Shown piece after piece: positions 50,286-60,213 of a DNA stretch of 64,000 nucleotides. The translations under genes were made by a program, and so were the position numbers. The notes beneath the pieces are model-generated. The model made no database searches. It was given only the letters and a program-made list of their open reading frames with translations, and was not told where the DNA came from. The stretch comes from Phycisphaerales bacterium (GTDB taxonomy: Bacteria; Planctomycetota; Phycisphaerae; WQYP01): the NCBI GenBank assembly GCA_027451365.1, contig DAIDJN010000056.1:32001-96000 (forward strand), written 5' to 3'. How positions within the stretch are numbered: position 1 is the first letter of the stretch; each line of letters begins with the position of its first letter.

Positions 50286-51680
50286 TCACCACGATTGTTG
50301 AACAATGACGGTTTGGGGAATAAAGTTGGCCGACCAGTTCAACTGCCAAAGCTGCGCCAGCGGAACTGTGTGTGCCGAGCCGTCGGTATTCACCACATTG
50401 ACCTGATTCAAGTGCCGGTTCACACAGAATATTCCCATATCGTCTGTGTTCGCAAGTGTGAAATTGCCCAGATTCAGATTTTGTGGAACGGTATCGGTCC
50501 ATTGGGGTGTGGCGTCTACCCAGATCGCATCGGCAAACAGCGGCTGGCCGGGCTGCATTTTTCCCTGATTGGCGCGCGGATCGAAAGACGGCGTTGGTCC
50601 TTGAATGATGGTTCCATTGCCTCGGTCCGTGAATGTGCCATTGGTCACAACCATTCCATGCAAATAATAACCGTCGTTAAAGCTGACACTTCCGGCCGCA
50701 TAGATAGATCCGTTGATACTGGTTTGCCCGTGGAATTGTACGCTGCCCAGGCAAACAATATTCATGTTGACACTTCCGCCTACATGGATGGATGGAAATT
50801 GGCCGGTCACGTCCACATTGCCGGTGACCAGCAGGGTGCCCGATCCGGTAACGGTCATCTGTCCACTGGGCGAGAAATTTCCGTTAATGATTTGCACCGG
50901 ATGGGTTGAAAAATCGAGGTTACCACTTGATGCAGGCCAGGGTTGGCTCGTTGCCTCAATCTGGGCAAACATCGTCGCCACATCAGGCGGGCTTAATCCT
51001 TGGACATTCTGGGAAACGGTTCCGGTAATTCCGGTGTTCCCGTCGGTCGTCACGGTTCCGCCTGCAAGAACATTCCCCTGAACCGTTGAACTTCCGATAC
51101 CTGTGATGTTGCTAGCCGAAATAACATTCCCCGTAAAGCTGTCAGTGCCTCCGATCGCCGCTGTTCCCATTGCCGCCAAGGCACCGCAATTGGACGCTGC
51201 GCTGACATTGTTGTTGAGTCCATAACTGGCCATCGCATTGGCCAGCCACGGATAACCGGGCGAATAGGGCGGTCCAGACATATTGATAGGTCCCCAAGCC
51301 AGAGTGGCTGTGCCCACCCCGCCGGAGGGTGTCGCCGCGTCGGGACAAATTAGTGTCTCGGGGTCATTATTGTAGTAGGACCTTAGTTCGTTAATCCATG
51401 TGCCATTGACGGTGAAACTATCGGATGGCATCGCTCCATGATTTCGCACCGCGTACTCGTTGGCCGCCAGACCAAGTTGATGCAAATTGGACAGGCAGTC
51501 CGCAATCCGCGACAGTTCCCGGGCGCGGGACAAGGATCCGATTATCAGACTCATCAGGATCACCATCGTGGCCATTACCACCAGCACCTCGCTCAAACTA
51601 AAGCCGTTTCGGCCCCGGGCCTTGCAATTTTCATGCTGCCACGGGATATGAAACCTTTTGCATGCAGAAAGTAGAAACAT
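50286..51680 (-). CDS. Prepilin-type H-X9-DG protein with a ~200-aa Gly/Asn/Thr-rich beta-repeat insert
   Basis: GFSLSEVLVV, CLSNLHQL, ICPDA, SYGLN, insert, PLFADAIW, RHLNQVNVVNTDGSA. Confidence 0.85.
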   Translation of the reverse strand: MFLLSACKRFHIPWQHENCKARGRNGFSLSEVLVVMATMVILMSLIIGSLSRARELSRIADCLSNLHQLGLAANEYAVRNHGAMPSDSFTVNGTWINELRSYYNNDPETLICPDAATPSGGVGTATLAWGPINMSGPPYSPGYPWLANAMASYGLNNNVSAASNCGALAAMGTAAIGGTDSFTGNVISASNITGIGSSTVQGNVLAGGTVTTDGNTGITGTVSQNVQGLSPPDVATMFAQIEATSQPWPASSGNLDFSTHPVQIINGNFSPSGQMTVTGSGTLLVTGNVDVTGQFPSIHVGGSVNMNIVCLGSVQFHGQTSINGSIYAAGSVSFNDGYYLHGMVVTNGTFTDRGNGTIIQGPTPSFDPRANQGKMQPGQPLFADAIWVDATPQWTDTVPQNLNLGNFTLANTDDMGIFCVNRHLNQVNVVNTDGSAHTVPLAQLWQLNWSANFIPQTVIVQQSW

Positions 51681-52183
51681 GTGAGGACTCCTGTTCTGGC
51701 GGCCTTAAAATAAATACCGCATCTCTTGGCCGAGCAGTCGAACCTCGTCTCCCAGGCCATCATGTACGGATTTACCGGACTGTCTGCCGAGACATTGCCG
51801 TGGTTGTTTCCGCAATGCGCCTATTCCAGTATTCGGTTGACCGGACTTTTCCGATAAGCCATTTCCGCCGAATTTCCCCTGATCGGTGGTTGCCGGAATC
51901 AGCGTCTTAAAAAACTGGTGCCAGCAGACTGCGCTGGCAATGGATGTGGTTATCCGACGCCGGAACTCCGGCTGTTCAGGCAGGTACGATAATGCCGCGC
52001 GTCGATCGGTCTCACCCGGTTTGGCGAGCGCCTTTATCCCGCAGCCGCCTGATGGGACCATTATAGTGGATTCCAGACACGCCGTTTCGCGGAAAGTTCC
52101 GGGCCGATAGCGGTTCGCCCATCGTGCAGTGCTTCAAGATTATCTGATCTTCCGCGCATGTAGGCTGGCGAGGGATTATGGAT

Positions 52184-53698
52184 TTACCTTCGCGCCCAAA
52201 CCGTAAAATAATTGCCCTTCCACACTTTTTTGAATTCAGCTTTTTCCCGCGCCAGTGCCGGATTGTTCCATACATTCTTACTGCCATAGGCATTCCAGGT
52301 TACCACACGCCGAGCCAGAAGAATTTCATGGCCAATGCGGCCAATCTCTAGTGGCGTGGGAATGCCCGGCTCTGGAAACCAGCTTTGCGGCATGTGCCAG
52401 TTGTGTGGCATCCAAAGTAGAAAACCATTGGAAAGCACCAGCGTCGTTTTGCCTTGTGTCGCTTTTTGCACCGCCTGCCAGTCCTGATATTGAATGGGGA
52501 AAATCCACAATCCGCCAGTTTGCTGATTGTGGCGTTTGCCCGTCCAACTCCAGACGGAAAGCACTGCATGGGTGCTTTGGCTTAAAACCGCCAGCGCGCA
52601 CAATGCCACCAGCCAGCGTCGGTTTATTTTGACCGTCGCCAGCCACGCGGCCAAAAAAAGAGTCGGCAGGTACGCATAATATTCCCAGCTTTTCACCCAG
52701 CCATAAAAGCCCAACAGGAACGCCAGCAGCATCAGGCCCATGCTGATGCATGTTTCAGTGCGGCAATCCGCCAGGCCGCGGCGAAGCCGCGGCAAAAGTC
52801 GCAGGGTCAACAGTATGGTGAATCCCGCACACAGCAGCCAGATGCCCGCCGGAGTAATCAGGTAATATGCCGCGCTATGTCTGAATGGAGACCAGAAATC
52901 AATGCCGCTGCCCAGCAGGAATCCAAAATGAGTGTCGTGATAGGTCTTCATGCCTGTCAGCGGCAATATCGTCAGCACCAGTGACCGAACTCCGAAAACG
53001 CTGGCCGTCAGTATGCTCATGGCCACGCCAACCGCCATGGCTGGCCAGGTTTCTTTCCATAAAAGCGCCACGCCGCCCCGTTTGCGCAGCACATCCCACA
53101 AGGTAAAAATCACTAGAAACAGGCCATATACATACCCCATGCTCGGCTTTACAAACAGGCATGCTGTGCAAATGGCCAGCGCCCGTCGGCGCCTTCCGGC
53201 CGCCTGTTCGCCAATCGCCCACAGCAGCAGCAACGCCTCCAGCGGATGGGTAAGCGTTAAATAGCAAGGCATTATCGCCACCGGCAACGCACAAATCAGG
53301 AAAATCCGCGGCCAGGATTCCAGCTTCATGGCGGCCGCAAATCGGGCGATGGCCATTCCCATCAGTAATTCCAGAAAGGCCGTCATAGCCAGAAAAGCCC
53401 ATGCGCTTCTGCCCAGAATGGCAAAGCCGATATGGGCAAATATCAGCGTGGCCAGGCCATGGGTATAACCAAAATCTATGGCCGGTTTCAGACCGGCGGA
53501 AATCAGTACATCTCCCTTCAGTGCGGTGCCCGGATCATAAAAACTGAAAAACGCCCAATCCGCCAGTCGCGGAAGTTGGATCAGCATCAATCCAATAAGA
53601 ATCCCGCCGTAGATGAATCCCCAGCGCACCGAGTATCGGCTTGCCGGCGCATCGGCAGTCTCTGATGAAGACGGGTCATGCGGATGGGTGTCGCTCAT
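52184..53698 (-). CDS. Polytopic membrane protein, possibly GT-C glycosyltransferase-like
   Basis: Many TM segments; DFGYTHG and FVKP motifs. Confidence 0.6.
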   Translation of the reverse strand: MSDTHPHDPSSSETADAPASRYSVRWGFIYGGILIGLMLIQLPRLADWAFFSFYDPGTALKGDVLISAGLKPAIDFGYTHGLATLIFAHIGFAILGRSAWAFLAMTAFLELLMGMAIARFAAAMKLESWPRIFLICALPVAIMPCYLTLTHPLEALLLLWAIGEQAAGRRRRALAICTACLFVKPSMGYVYGLFLVIFTLWDVLRKRGGVALLWKETWPAMAVGVAMSILTASVFGVRSLVLTILPLTGMKTYHDTHFGFLLGSGIDFWSPFRHSAAYYLITPAGIWLLCAGFTILLTLRLLPRLRRGLADCRTETCISMGLMLLAFLLGFYGWVKSWEYYAYLPTLFLAAWLATVKINRRWLVALCALAVLSQSTHAVLSVWSWTGKRHNQQTGGLWIFPIQYQDWQAVQKATQGKTTLVLSNGFLLWMPHNWHMPQSWFPEPGIPTPLEIGRIGHEILLARRVVTWNAYGSKNVWNNPALAREKAEFKKVWKGNYFTVWARR

Positions 53699-53832
53699 GC
53701 GGCGGATTGTACTGGATTGCCGGCTCCGGCAGAACCATCAAAAAATTGGATGGGTTTGCGCAAATCGTGGCGACTTTCGATAAACGTCAGAGCATATTGC
53801 GCCCGGTTAAGTTGTAATTATTTGAAACGCCG

Positions 53833-54678
53833 CTAATCCGCGGAACCAATTGTAAAGAGCCGCAGATATTGTTCAAATCGATAGCACCGATTCCGACGCT
53901 GGCCCGTAAATTCAATCAGCAACCCCGATAATTCGAACAATTTTATGATTTGATTCGCTGAGGTAAACGAGCATTTCAATCCCGTTTGGACCGTTGCAAC
54001 ACTGATAATCGGCTTTTCAAAAATCAGGTCGAGTACGCGATACGCGGCCTTTGAATTCGAAGCATTTGCCAACTGCTGGCGGGTCGATTCGCGCAAGTCG
54101 ACTATTTGTTTTGCCGTTGCGGCGGCCGATTCGCTTACTTCGGCCACCCCGCGCAGGAAAAAGCGCAGCCAGCCCTCCCAATCTCCGTTAGTCCGTATGG
54201 CCATGAGCCGATCATAGTATTCGGTGCGGTGCCTTTTGAGATAAACGGACAGATATAGAAGCGGCCGCTTGAGAATTTTTCGCTCACATAGAAAAAGCGT
54301 TATAATCAGCCTTCCCACGCGCCCATTGCCGTCCAAAAATGGATGAATGGTTTCAAACTGCCCATGTGCCAGGCCAATTTGAACAAGCGACGGCAACACA
54401 TCACGCTGATTCATGAATTTCCTTGATCAGTCGTGCGGACAGAGGAAGACCGTCGAGTCTTTTGATGCCAAAAATAAATCCGGATTTGGCAGAATTGAGG
54501 CCACGCCGTCAAGTCGGCCAAGCCCTTGGTCCGCCTTGGACAACAATTGGGATAGATCACCCTAAAGGTCAATCGGCGGTGATGGGGGGAGTTCCGCCGG
54601 AATAACGGCGCTATAGCCATTTAACTGTCGGACAAATGCTCCGGCTCTTCGCGAATGATCGGGCTGGGCATTCGTCAT
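53833..54678 (-). pseudogene. Fic-family gene with a nonsense codon and two internal deletions
   Basis: RAGAFVRQ...PPIDL*GDL...LGRLDG..LPNPDLFLA // LPLSARLIKEIH // HGQFETIHPFLDGNGRVGR plus C-terminal HTH. Confidence 0.88.
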
Positions 54679-54687
54679 CCAAAATCC

Positions 54688-54764
54688 TTATTTCAAATTA
54701 TTGAAATAAAACCCTTGGCAGCCATTTGTTATTTCAAATAATCGCATAAAAATGAAATAACAAA
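54688..54764. promoter_or_regulatory. Two related inverted repeats upstream of the Fic gene (candidate operators)
   Basis: TTATTTCAA-N4-TTGAAATAA (54688-54709) and TTTGTTATTTCA-N16-TGAAATAACAAA (54725-54764). Confidence 0.55.
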
Positions 54765-54839
54765 ACCAATCACAGCCCTATATACACTATAGCGAAAATA
54801 ATAGTCGTCAAAATATTGTTTTTGGCGATATTTAATTAT

Positions 54840-55778
54840 TTATTTTTGCAAGCAGTCAACCAGGGCTGGCAATAGATCGGGAAATTCAAACCTGAAGCCA
54901 GATTCCTGCAATCGCTGCGGAACGGCCCGGCAGCCGGTCAGTGCAAGTTCGCCATCTATGCCCATAATTGCCGACCCGATTCGCACGGCGAAAGCTGGCG
55001 CTGGCGGCGACCACGGGCGATGCAGTACCTTGCGCAGTGCCGCCATGAAATCTCGATTGGTTGCCGGCGTTGGCGCGGTTCCGTTATAGGTGTTTGTGGC
55101 ATCGGCGTGATCGGCAAGCCATTCCACCATTCGCACAATATCTCGCAGATGAACCCAACTCATCCATTGGCGGCCGCTGCCCACCGCACCGCCCAGGCCG
55201 GCGCGGGTCAATTTCGCCACCGGTGTCAGCATGCCGCCCTGTGGTGCCAGTACCAGGCCGATGCGCAAAATTGCCAGTCGTGTGCCGGGAATTGCGGCAG
55301 AATGAAGTGCCGCTTCCCATGCCGTGCAGGTTTCCGCCAGAAAACCGGTGCCCGCCGGGAATTGTTCGGTACAAATGGTATCGCCAGAATTCCCATAAAA
55401 TCCGGTTGCACTGGCCTGAATATAGCACGCCGGCGGCACGCGCAATTGCTGTATCGCGGCGGTAATTGCGTTTACCGAATCCACACGACTTTTAAGAATG
55501 GCCCGCCGATTTTCAGGCGTGTGACGGCAACTGATGCTTTTCCCGGTCAGGTTCACCACAACCGCCGCATTTTCCAACTCGTCCGCCCATGGCCCCACAC
55601 GGACCGCATCCCATTGCAAGTCACGAATGTTGCCCGACCCGGTCGGTACCGTGCCATCGCCGATAGCCGAGCGGGTCAGTACCACGACATTCCACCCGCG
55701 ATCGACGGCGTAATACCGCGCCAGATTCCGACCGATAAGACCTGATCCACCCGCAATAATTATTTTATTTTCCGGCAT
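54840..55778 (-). CDS. TIGR01777-type NAD-dependent epimerase family protein
   Basis: GGSGLIG, VVNLTG, SRVDS, GSGRQWMSWVH. Confidence 0.9.
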   Translation of the reverse strand: MPENKIIIAGGSGLIGRNLARYYAVDRGWNVVVLTRSAIGDGTVPTGSGNIRDLQWDAVRVGPWADELENAAVVVNLTGKSISCRHTPENRRAILKSRVDSVNAITAAIQQLRVPPACYIQASATGFYGNSGDTICTEQFPAGTGFLAETCTAWEAALHSAAIPGTRLAILRIGLVLAPQGGMLTPVAKLTRAGLGGAVGSGRQWMSWVHLRDIVRMVEWLADHADATNTYNGTAPTPATNRDFMAALRKVLHRPWSPPAPAFAVRIGSAIMGIDGELALTGCRAVPQRLQESGFRFEFPDLLPALVDCLQK

Positions 55779-55879
55779 TTTGCCACCTTTCAGAAGTATT
55801 CCAGAGGCATTATATGCTGAAAAAACAGAGAGGCCGCCGTGACCGCGGCCCGTGCCGGACGGGCGTATGTGAAGAATCC

Positions 55880-56893
55880 CTAAAAATGCACCCCAAAGCC
55901 GGTGAAACCCACCACAATATTCCGATGGCCGCCGGTGCCGATAAATTGCGAAGTGCGAATCAGCGAATGAGCCAGCAGGCTGTAATACTGAAAGCCCGCG
56001 TCAAAATGCCACGCGCCGAATTTCCGCGGAATAAATGTCAGCGGGAATGTTGCCGTCAGACCCGTGGTGAAAACACCCGCATGGCTCAGTCCGCCCCAGA
56101 AATCCGGCGGCCCAACCGTCACCCAGGTTGGCATCGTCAGCGTAACGGCCACCCCCGCCGGCTTTAAATGCGCTGTGGGCGAAAGCCCCAGCAGCAGGTA
56201 GTCGTCATGTCGGGCAAATCGCATATCCATAAATGGATGAATCGAAACGGGCTTAAGCCATCGGCTGTCGTCCAGCGCCAGGCCGATCTGCGTCTGGTCA
56301 ATGGTCTGGAAATTATTATAGACGCTGTAAAATTCCTTGTATTTTACATTGCCAACCAGACAATTCAGAAACCGGACATACACACCGGCAAATGGTTCAA
56401 GTTCATTCACGCCGTCGATATATGGCTTCTGCTGAGTCTGCCCGTTGATATAGGTGATTAATCCCGCGGCAAGGTAAATGCGATTGATCGGCGCGCGGCT
56501 GCCGCCACGATACAGGTCAAAATCGGCGGCCAGCGTCTGACCAATGGTGATGCCCTTATCCGCAATGACCAGCCCGTAAGGCGTCACGTGCGCGCTTTTG
56601 AACCATGAGGCGTAAATTGGATGGAAAAAGGATGGAAATAAATTGTTGCCAGAATCCGTCGGTGCGAACTGCGAATCCAGATCGGGTGTCGGGCTGCCCG
56701 CGGGCACGGAAAGCCGCGGGAGTAAATCATCGGAAAACGGGCACGGTGAATCTTCCAAAACCAGCTTGCCGGCCGGTGCGGGCGCAAACGCATGATCGAC
56801 CGGCGGTGGAGTGTCGGCAAAAAGCGGCACGGAAGTCAGGCAGAGTACGGCCAAGGCGGCCCATAGCGTCACTGGCGAGGTGTGATTTTTCAT
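55880..56893 (-). CDS. Exported protein, probable outer-membrane beta-barrel
   Basis: Signal peptide, alternating beta strands, C-terminal Phe (GFGVHF). Confidence 0.6.
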   Translation of the reverse strand: MKNHTSPVTLWAALAVLCLTSVPLFADTPPPVDHAFAPAPAGKLVLEDSPCPFSDDLLPRLSVPAGSPTPDLDSQFAPTDSGNNLFPSFFHPIYASWFKSAHVTPYGLVIADKGITIGQTLAADFDLYRGGSRAPINRIYLAAGLITYINGQTQQKPYIDGVNELEPFAGVYVRFLNCLVGNVKYKEFYSVYNNFQTIDQTQIGLALDDSRWLKPVSIHPFMDMRFARHDDYLLLGLSPTAHLKPAGVAVTLTMPTWVTVGPPDFWGGLSHAGVFTTGLTATFPLTFIPRKFGAWHFDAGFQYYSLLAHSLIRTSQFIGTGGHRNIVVGFTGFGVHF

Positions 56894-56968
56894 GCGAGCA
56901 TTGTAATGGCTGCTCGTTCAAGAGCAATTCGCGTCTGCCTTCAACACCCCGGAAAGCGACTGACTTCC

Positions 56969-58021
56969 TTAAATTGACGTGGTTTGCCAGCCATGTTCGG
57001 CAATCGATTCCATGATGCGGGTGGCCACATCCACGGCGAAGCAGCCATCTTCGCCGGTGACCGGTGGCTGGCTTCCGGTGCGCACGGCGTGAATGAAGGA
57101 TTCGATTTCCAGCTTCAACGGTTCGTTGTCATGTACCTGCAACTGTTCGTAATTCACCAGTTCGGTGTAATTCAAATCCGTGAGTTCGGCCACTTCGCCG
57201 GCGGCCACTTTCTGCTGCACCAAGGCAAGCTGTTCCTGATTGGCCGTGCGGCGAATAATCACGCCGGCCTTTTTGTGGTAATCCACGCTCACATACGCGG
57301 TGGGTGAAAACAGCCGCATTTTACGTTCAGTTTTCAGGGCCAGACGTGAGGCCGTCAGGTTGGCAACGCAGCCATTGGCGAACACGATGCGGGCGTTGGC
57401 GACATCCTCAAATTTACCAATCACATTGACGCCGACCGCCGCGACCGATTTTACGGGCGAGCGGACAAAATGGTGGACAATATCAATATCGTGAATCATC
57501 AAATCCAACACCACGCCGACATCAATGCTGCGGAAAGTCATCGGACTGATGCGATGGACCTCCACAAATTGCGGGGCAAGCTTATGGGCATTCAGCGCCT
57601 GAACCACCGGGTTGAAGCGTTCTGAATGGCCGACCTGCAGCACGCAGCCATGTGCCGCCGCCAGATTTACAATGGCTCGCGCATCTTCCAGGGTGGGTGC
57701 CAGTGGCTTTTCAATAAGCAGGCTCACACCGTGCGGCAGCAGGCTTTGGGCCAGCGCGCGGTGGTGGATGGTGGGCGCGGCGATGGTAACGGCAACCGGT
57801 GCGACCGGACCGGCCAGCAGTTCAGCGATGGTGGAAAATGCGGAGCAATTAAAATCGAGTGCCAGTTGTCTGGCCCGCGCGATATCCGGATCCACAATGC
57901 CGACCAGCCGCACATCTGGCATGCCGGAATAAATGCGGGCATGGTGGCGTCCCATGCGGCCGGCACCGGCCAGAGCAACGGTTATCAGGCCATCTTTTTC
58001 GGGTAGTCTGGTCATTGCCAC
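56969..58021 (-). CDS. Gfo/Idh/MocA oxidoreductase, GnnA-like (UDP-GlcNAc 3-dehydrogenase)
   Basis: GAGRMGRHH, IEKP, GHSERFNP, DLMIHDID; directly downstream of lpxA. Confidence 0.8.
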   Translation of the reverse strand: MAMTRLPEKDGLITVALAGAGRMGRHHARIYSGMPDVRLVGIVDPDIARARQLALDFNCSAFSTIAELLAGPVAPVAVTIAAPTIHHRALAQSLLPHGVSLLIEKPLAPTLEDARAIVNLAAAHGCVLQVGHSERFNPVVQALNAHKLAPQFVEVHRISPMTFRSIDVGVVLDLMIHDIDIVHHFVRSPVKSVAAVGVNVIGKFEDVANARIVFANGCVANLTASRLALKTERKMRLFSPTAYVSVDYHKKAGVIIRRTANQEQLALVQQKVAAGEVAELTDLNYTELVNYEQLQVHDNEPLKLEIESFIHAVRTGSQPPVTGEDGCFAVDVATRIMESIAEHGWQTTSI

Positions 58022-58039
58022 ATTCCATTTCGCGATGCT

Positions 58040-58879
58040 TTAATTCTCATTGCCCGAGTCTTCTCCGTCGGGGGCCATTTTACCGCGGAGGGACTCGCGG
58101 TAGCGTCCAAATTTACCTTCGCCGGTTCGCTGGATAAAGCGAAGCAGCAGATGAATTTCCTCGGCGTCGGGATACATCTGAACCAGCTTCTGGGCCTGCT
58201 GGGCCAGCGGCGCGGCGTCTTTATAAAGCAGACGCCACGCGGTTTTAAGGCGGTTCACCTGGTCTTCGCCGCAACCCTTGCGGCGCATGCCGACGCGGTT
58301 AAATCCGCGAACTTCTGCGGGCTGGCCGTTGACCATCATAAAGGGGGGCACATCATGCACCACGGCGGAAATGCCGCCGATGAAGGAATATTGTCCCACG
58401 GTAACGAAATGGTGCAGAGCCGCACCGCCGGAAATAACGCAGCCATCCTCCAGCACAACGTGGCCGGCCAGCAGAACATTGTTGGCCAGAATGCAGCCAT
58501 TGGCGACCAGGCAGTCATGGGCCACATGTGCGCCAACCATCAGCAGATTGTCATTGCCGATGCGGGTTTCCCCGCCGCCATCTTCCGTGCCGATGTGGAC
58601 GGTGCAGTTTTCGCGGAAACGGTTGTTGGCACCGATCATGACGCGGCAATTCCCGCCGCGGTATTTAAGGTCCTGGGAAACGCAACCGATGCTGGAATGG
58701 GGAAAAAATTCATTGCCTTCTCCGGCGGTGGTGTGCCCTTCAATGGACGCGTGGTGATGCACCTGACAGCCGGGGCCAAGGGTGACGTTGGGCCCAATAT
58801 AGGCAAACGGTCCCACGACCACGTCCGCGGCCAGCGCGGCGCCTTTTTCAACGAGTGCCATGGGATGTATCTGTGGCAT
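58040..58879 (-). CDS. lpxA: Acyl-ACP--UDP-GlcNAc(3N) acyltransferase
   Basis: Hexapeptide repeats, QDLKY, HVAHDC, DVPPF. Confidence 0.95.
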   Translation of the reverse strand: MPQIHPMALVEKGAALAADVVVGPFAYIGPNVTLGPGCQVHHHASIEGHTTAGEGNEFFPHSSIGCVSQDLKYRGGNCRVMIGANNRFRENCTVHIGTEDGGGETRIGNDNLLMVGAHVAHDCLVANGCILANNVLLAGHVVLEDGCVISGGAALHHFVTVGQYSFIGGISAVVHDVPPFMMVNGQPAEVRGFNRVGMRRKGCGEDQVNRLKTAWRLLYKDAAPLAQQAQKLVQMYPDAEEIHLLLRFIQRTGEGKFGRYRESLRGKMAPDGEDSGNEN

Positions 58880-58905
58880 AAACCTTTCTCAAAATGGATG
58901 CGGCG

Positions 58906-60213
58906 CTAGGCGGGTTCATCCACCAGCATGAACTTGATAATGGCTTCAGCGGCCAGTTGATCGCCAACCATGGCGCGGCAGCGGACATGACCGGTTCGCG
59001 CTTTGACGCGAATATTTTCCGCCTCCAGAATCAGTTGATCACCGGGAGTTACAGCGCGGCGCAACTTCACTTTATCCATGGAAAGCAACAGCGGCGTTTT
59101 GCCGGAATGTTCCAGTTTGCGCGACATCAGCAGGCCGGAAAGCTGGGCCATCGCTTCGACAATAAGCACGCCGGGCATGACCGGCATTCCAGGATAATGG
59201 CCCTGAAAAAATGGTTCATTCATCGTCACATTTTTTATACCCACGGCGCGCCGGTCGCCATCAAGTTCTATCACGCGGTCCACCAGCAGCATCGGAAAGC
59301 GATGGGGCAGCACCTTGGAAATCTGGCGGCTGTCCATGACCGGTTCGGCAATGCTTTGCACGCGCCGCCGCTGGGCCAGAAGCATGGAACCAAGTTTGCG
59401 CACCAGCGCATGATTGAGCGAATGACCGGATTTGTAAGCGATTATTTTTCCGCGAACGGTGCAACCCAGCAGATACAGATCGCCAATCAGGTCCAGAATT
59501 TTGTGTCGCACGCATTCATCGGGGAACCGGTAGGTTGTGCCCAGGGGGCCACTCTGATCCAGAACCAGCACATCTCCCGGTTGAAGGTGCAGGCCCAGAC
59601 CGCGCTGCCGGAGCATTTCAGCTTCCTGCTTCAGCACAAAGGTTCGGCACGGGGCAATTTGCTGCGCAAAATCCGGGCCAAGGGTATAGGAAAACAACTG
59701 GTGCCCCACGGGTGTTCCCGGGCCGTAGTCCAGGTCGTAAATGATCTGAAAATCGTCCGTGTCGGATGGAGACGCGATCAGCGTGGCCCCGGCGTCCGAC
59801 ACTTCCACGGGTTCGCTTATACGGAGAAACTGTTTCTCCGCTGCCTGCTCGGTAAAGCCGGCGGCCTGCAGGGTTTCCACATAAGGCAGGCACGAGCCAT
59901 CCACGCCAGGCAATTCACCGCCGGCGATATTGATTTCCAGGTTGTCCAGTCCCAGGCCATGAATGGCGGACATACAATGTTCAATCGTTTCAATGGAATC
60001 CGCGCCGTGACGCAGGGTGCTGCGGCGGGATCGCTTTGTGATATGTTCAACGAGCGCCGGAATGCGAACGGGGCGCCCCAGGTCGGTGCGGACAAACACA
60101 ATGCCATGTCCCGCGGGGGCGGGTTTGAATGTAACTGTGGATGATTCACCGGTAAAAAGCCCGCGTCCGGCGATGGTTGCCTCATGGCTGATCGTTTTTT
60201 GTGCTGGATTCAA
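58906..60213 (-). CDS. lpxC-fabZ: Bifunctional LpxC deacetylase / FabZ dehydratase
   Basis: [46 protein letters not shown]. Confidence 0.95.
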   Translation of the reverse strand: MNPAQKTISHEATIAGRGLFTGESSTVTFKPAPAGHGIVFVRTDLGRPVRIPALVEHITKRSRRSTLRHGADSIETIEHCMSAIHGLGLDNLEINIAGGELPGVDGSCLPYVETLQAAGFTEQAAEKQFLRISEPVEVSDAGATLIASPSDTDDFQIIYDLDYGPGTPVGHQLFSYTLGPDFAQQIAPCRTFVLKQEAEMLRQRGLGLHLQPGDVLVLDQSGPLGTTYRFPDECVRHKILDLIGDLYLLGCTVRGKIIAYKSGHSLNHALVRKLGSMLLAQRRRVQSIAEPVMDSRQISKVLPHRFPMLLVDRVIELDGDRRAVGIKNVTMNEPFFQGHYPGMPVMPGVLIVEAMAQLSGLLMSRKLEHSGKTPLLLSMDKVKLRRAVTPGDQLILEAENIRVKARTGHVRCRAMVGDQLAAEAIIKFMLVDEPA

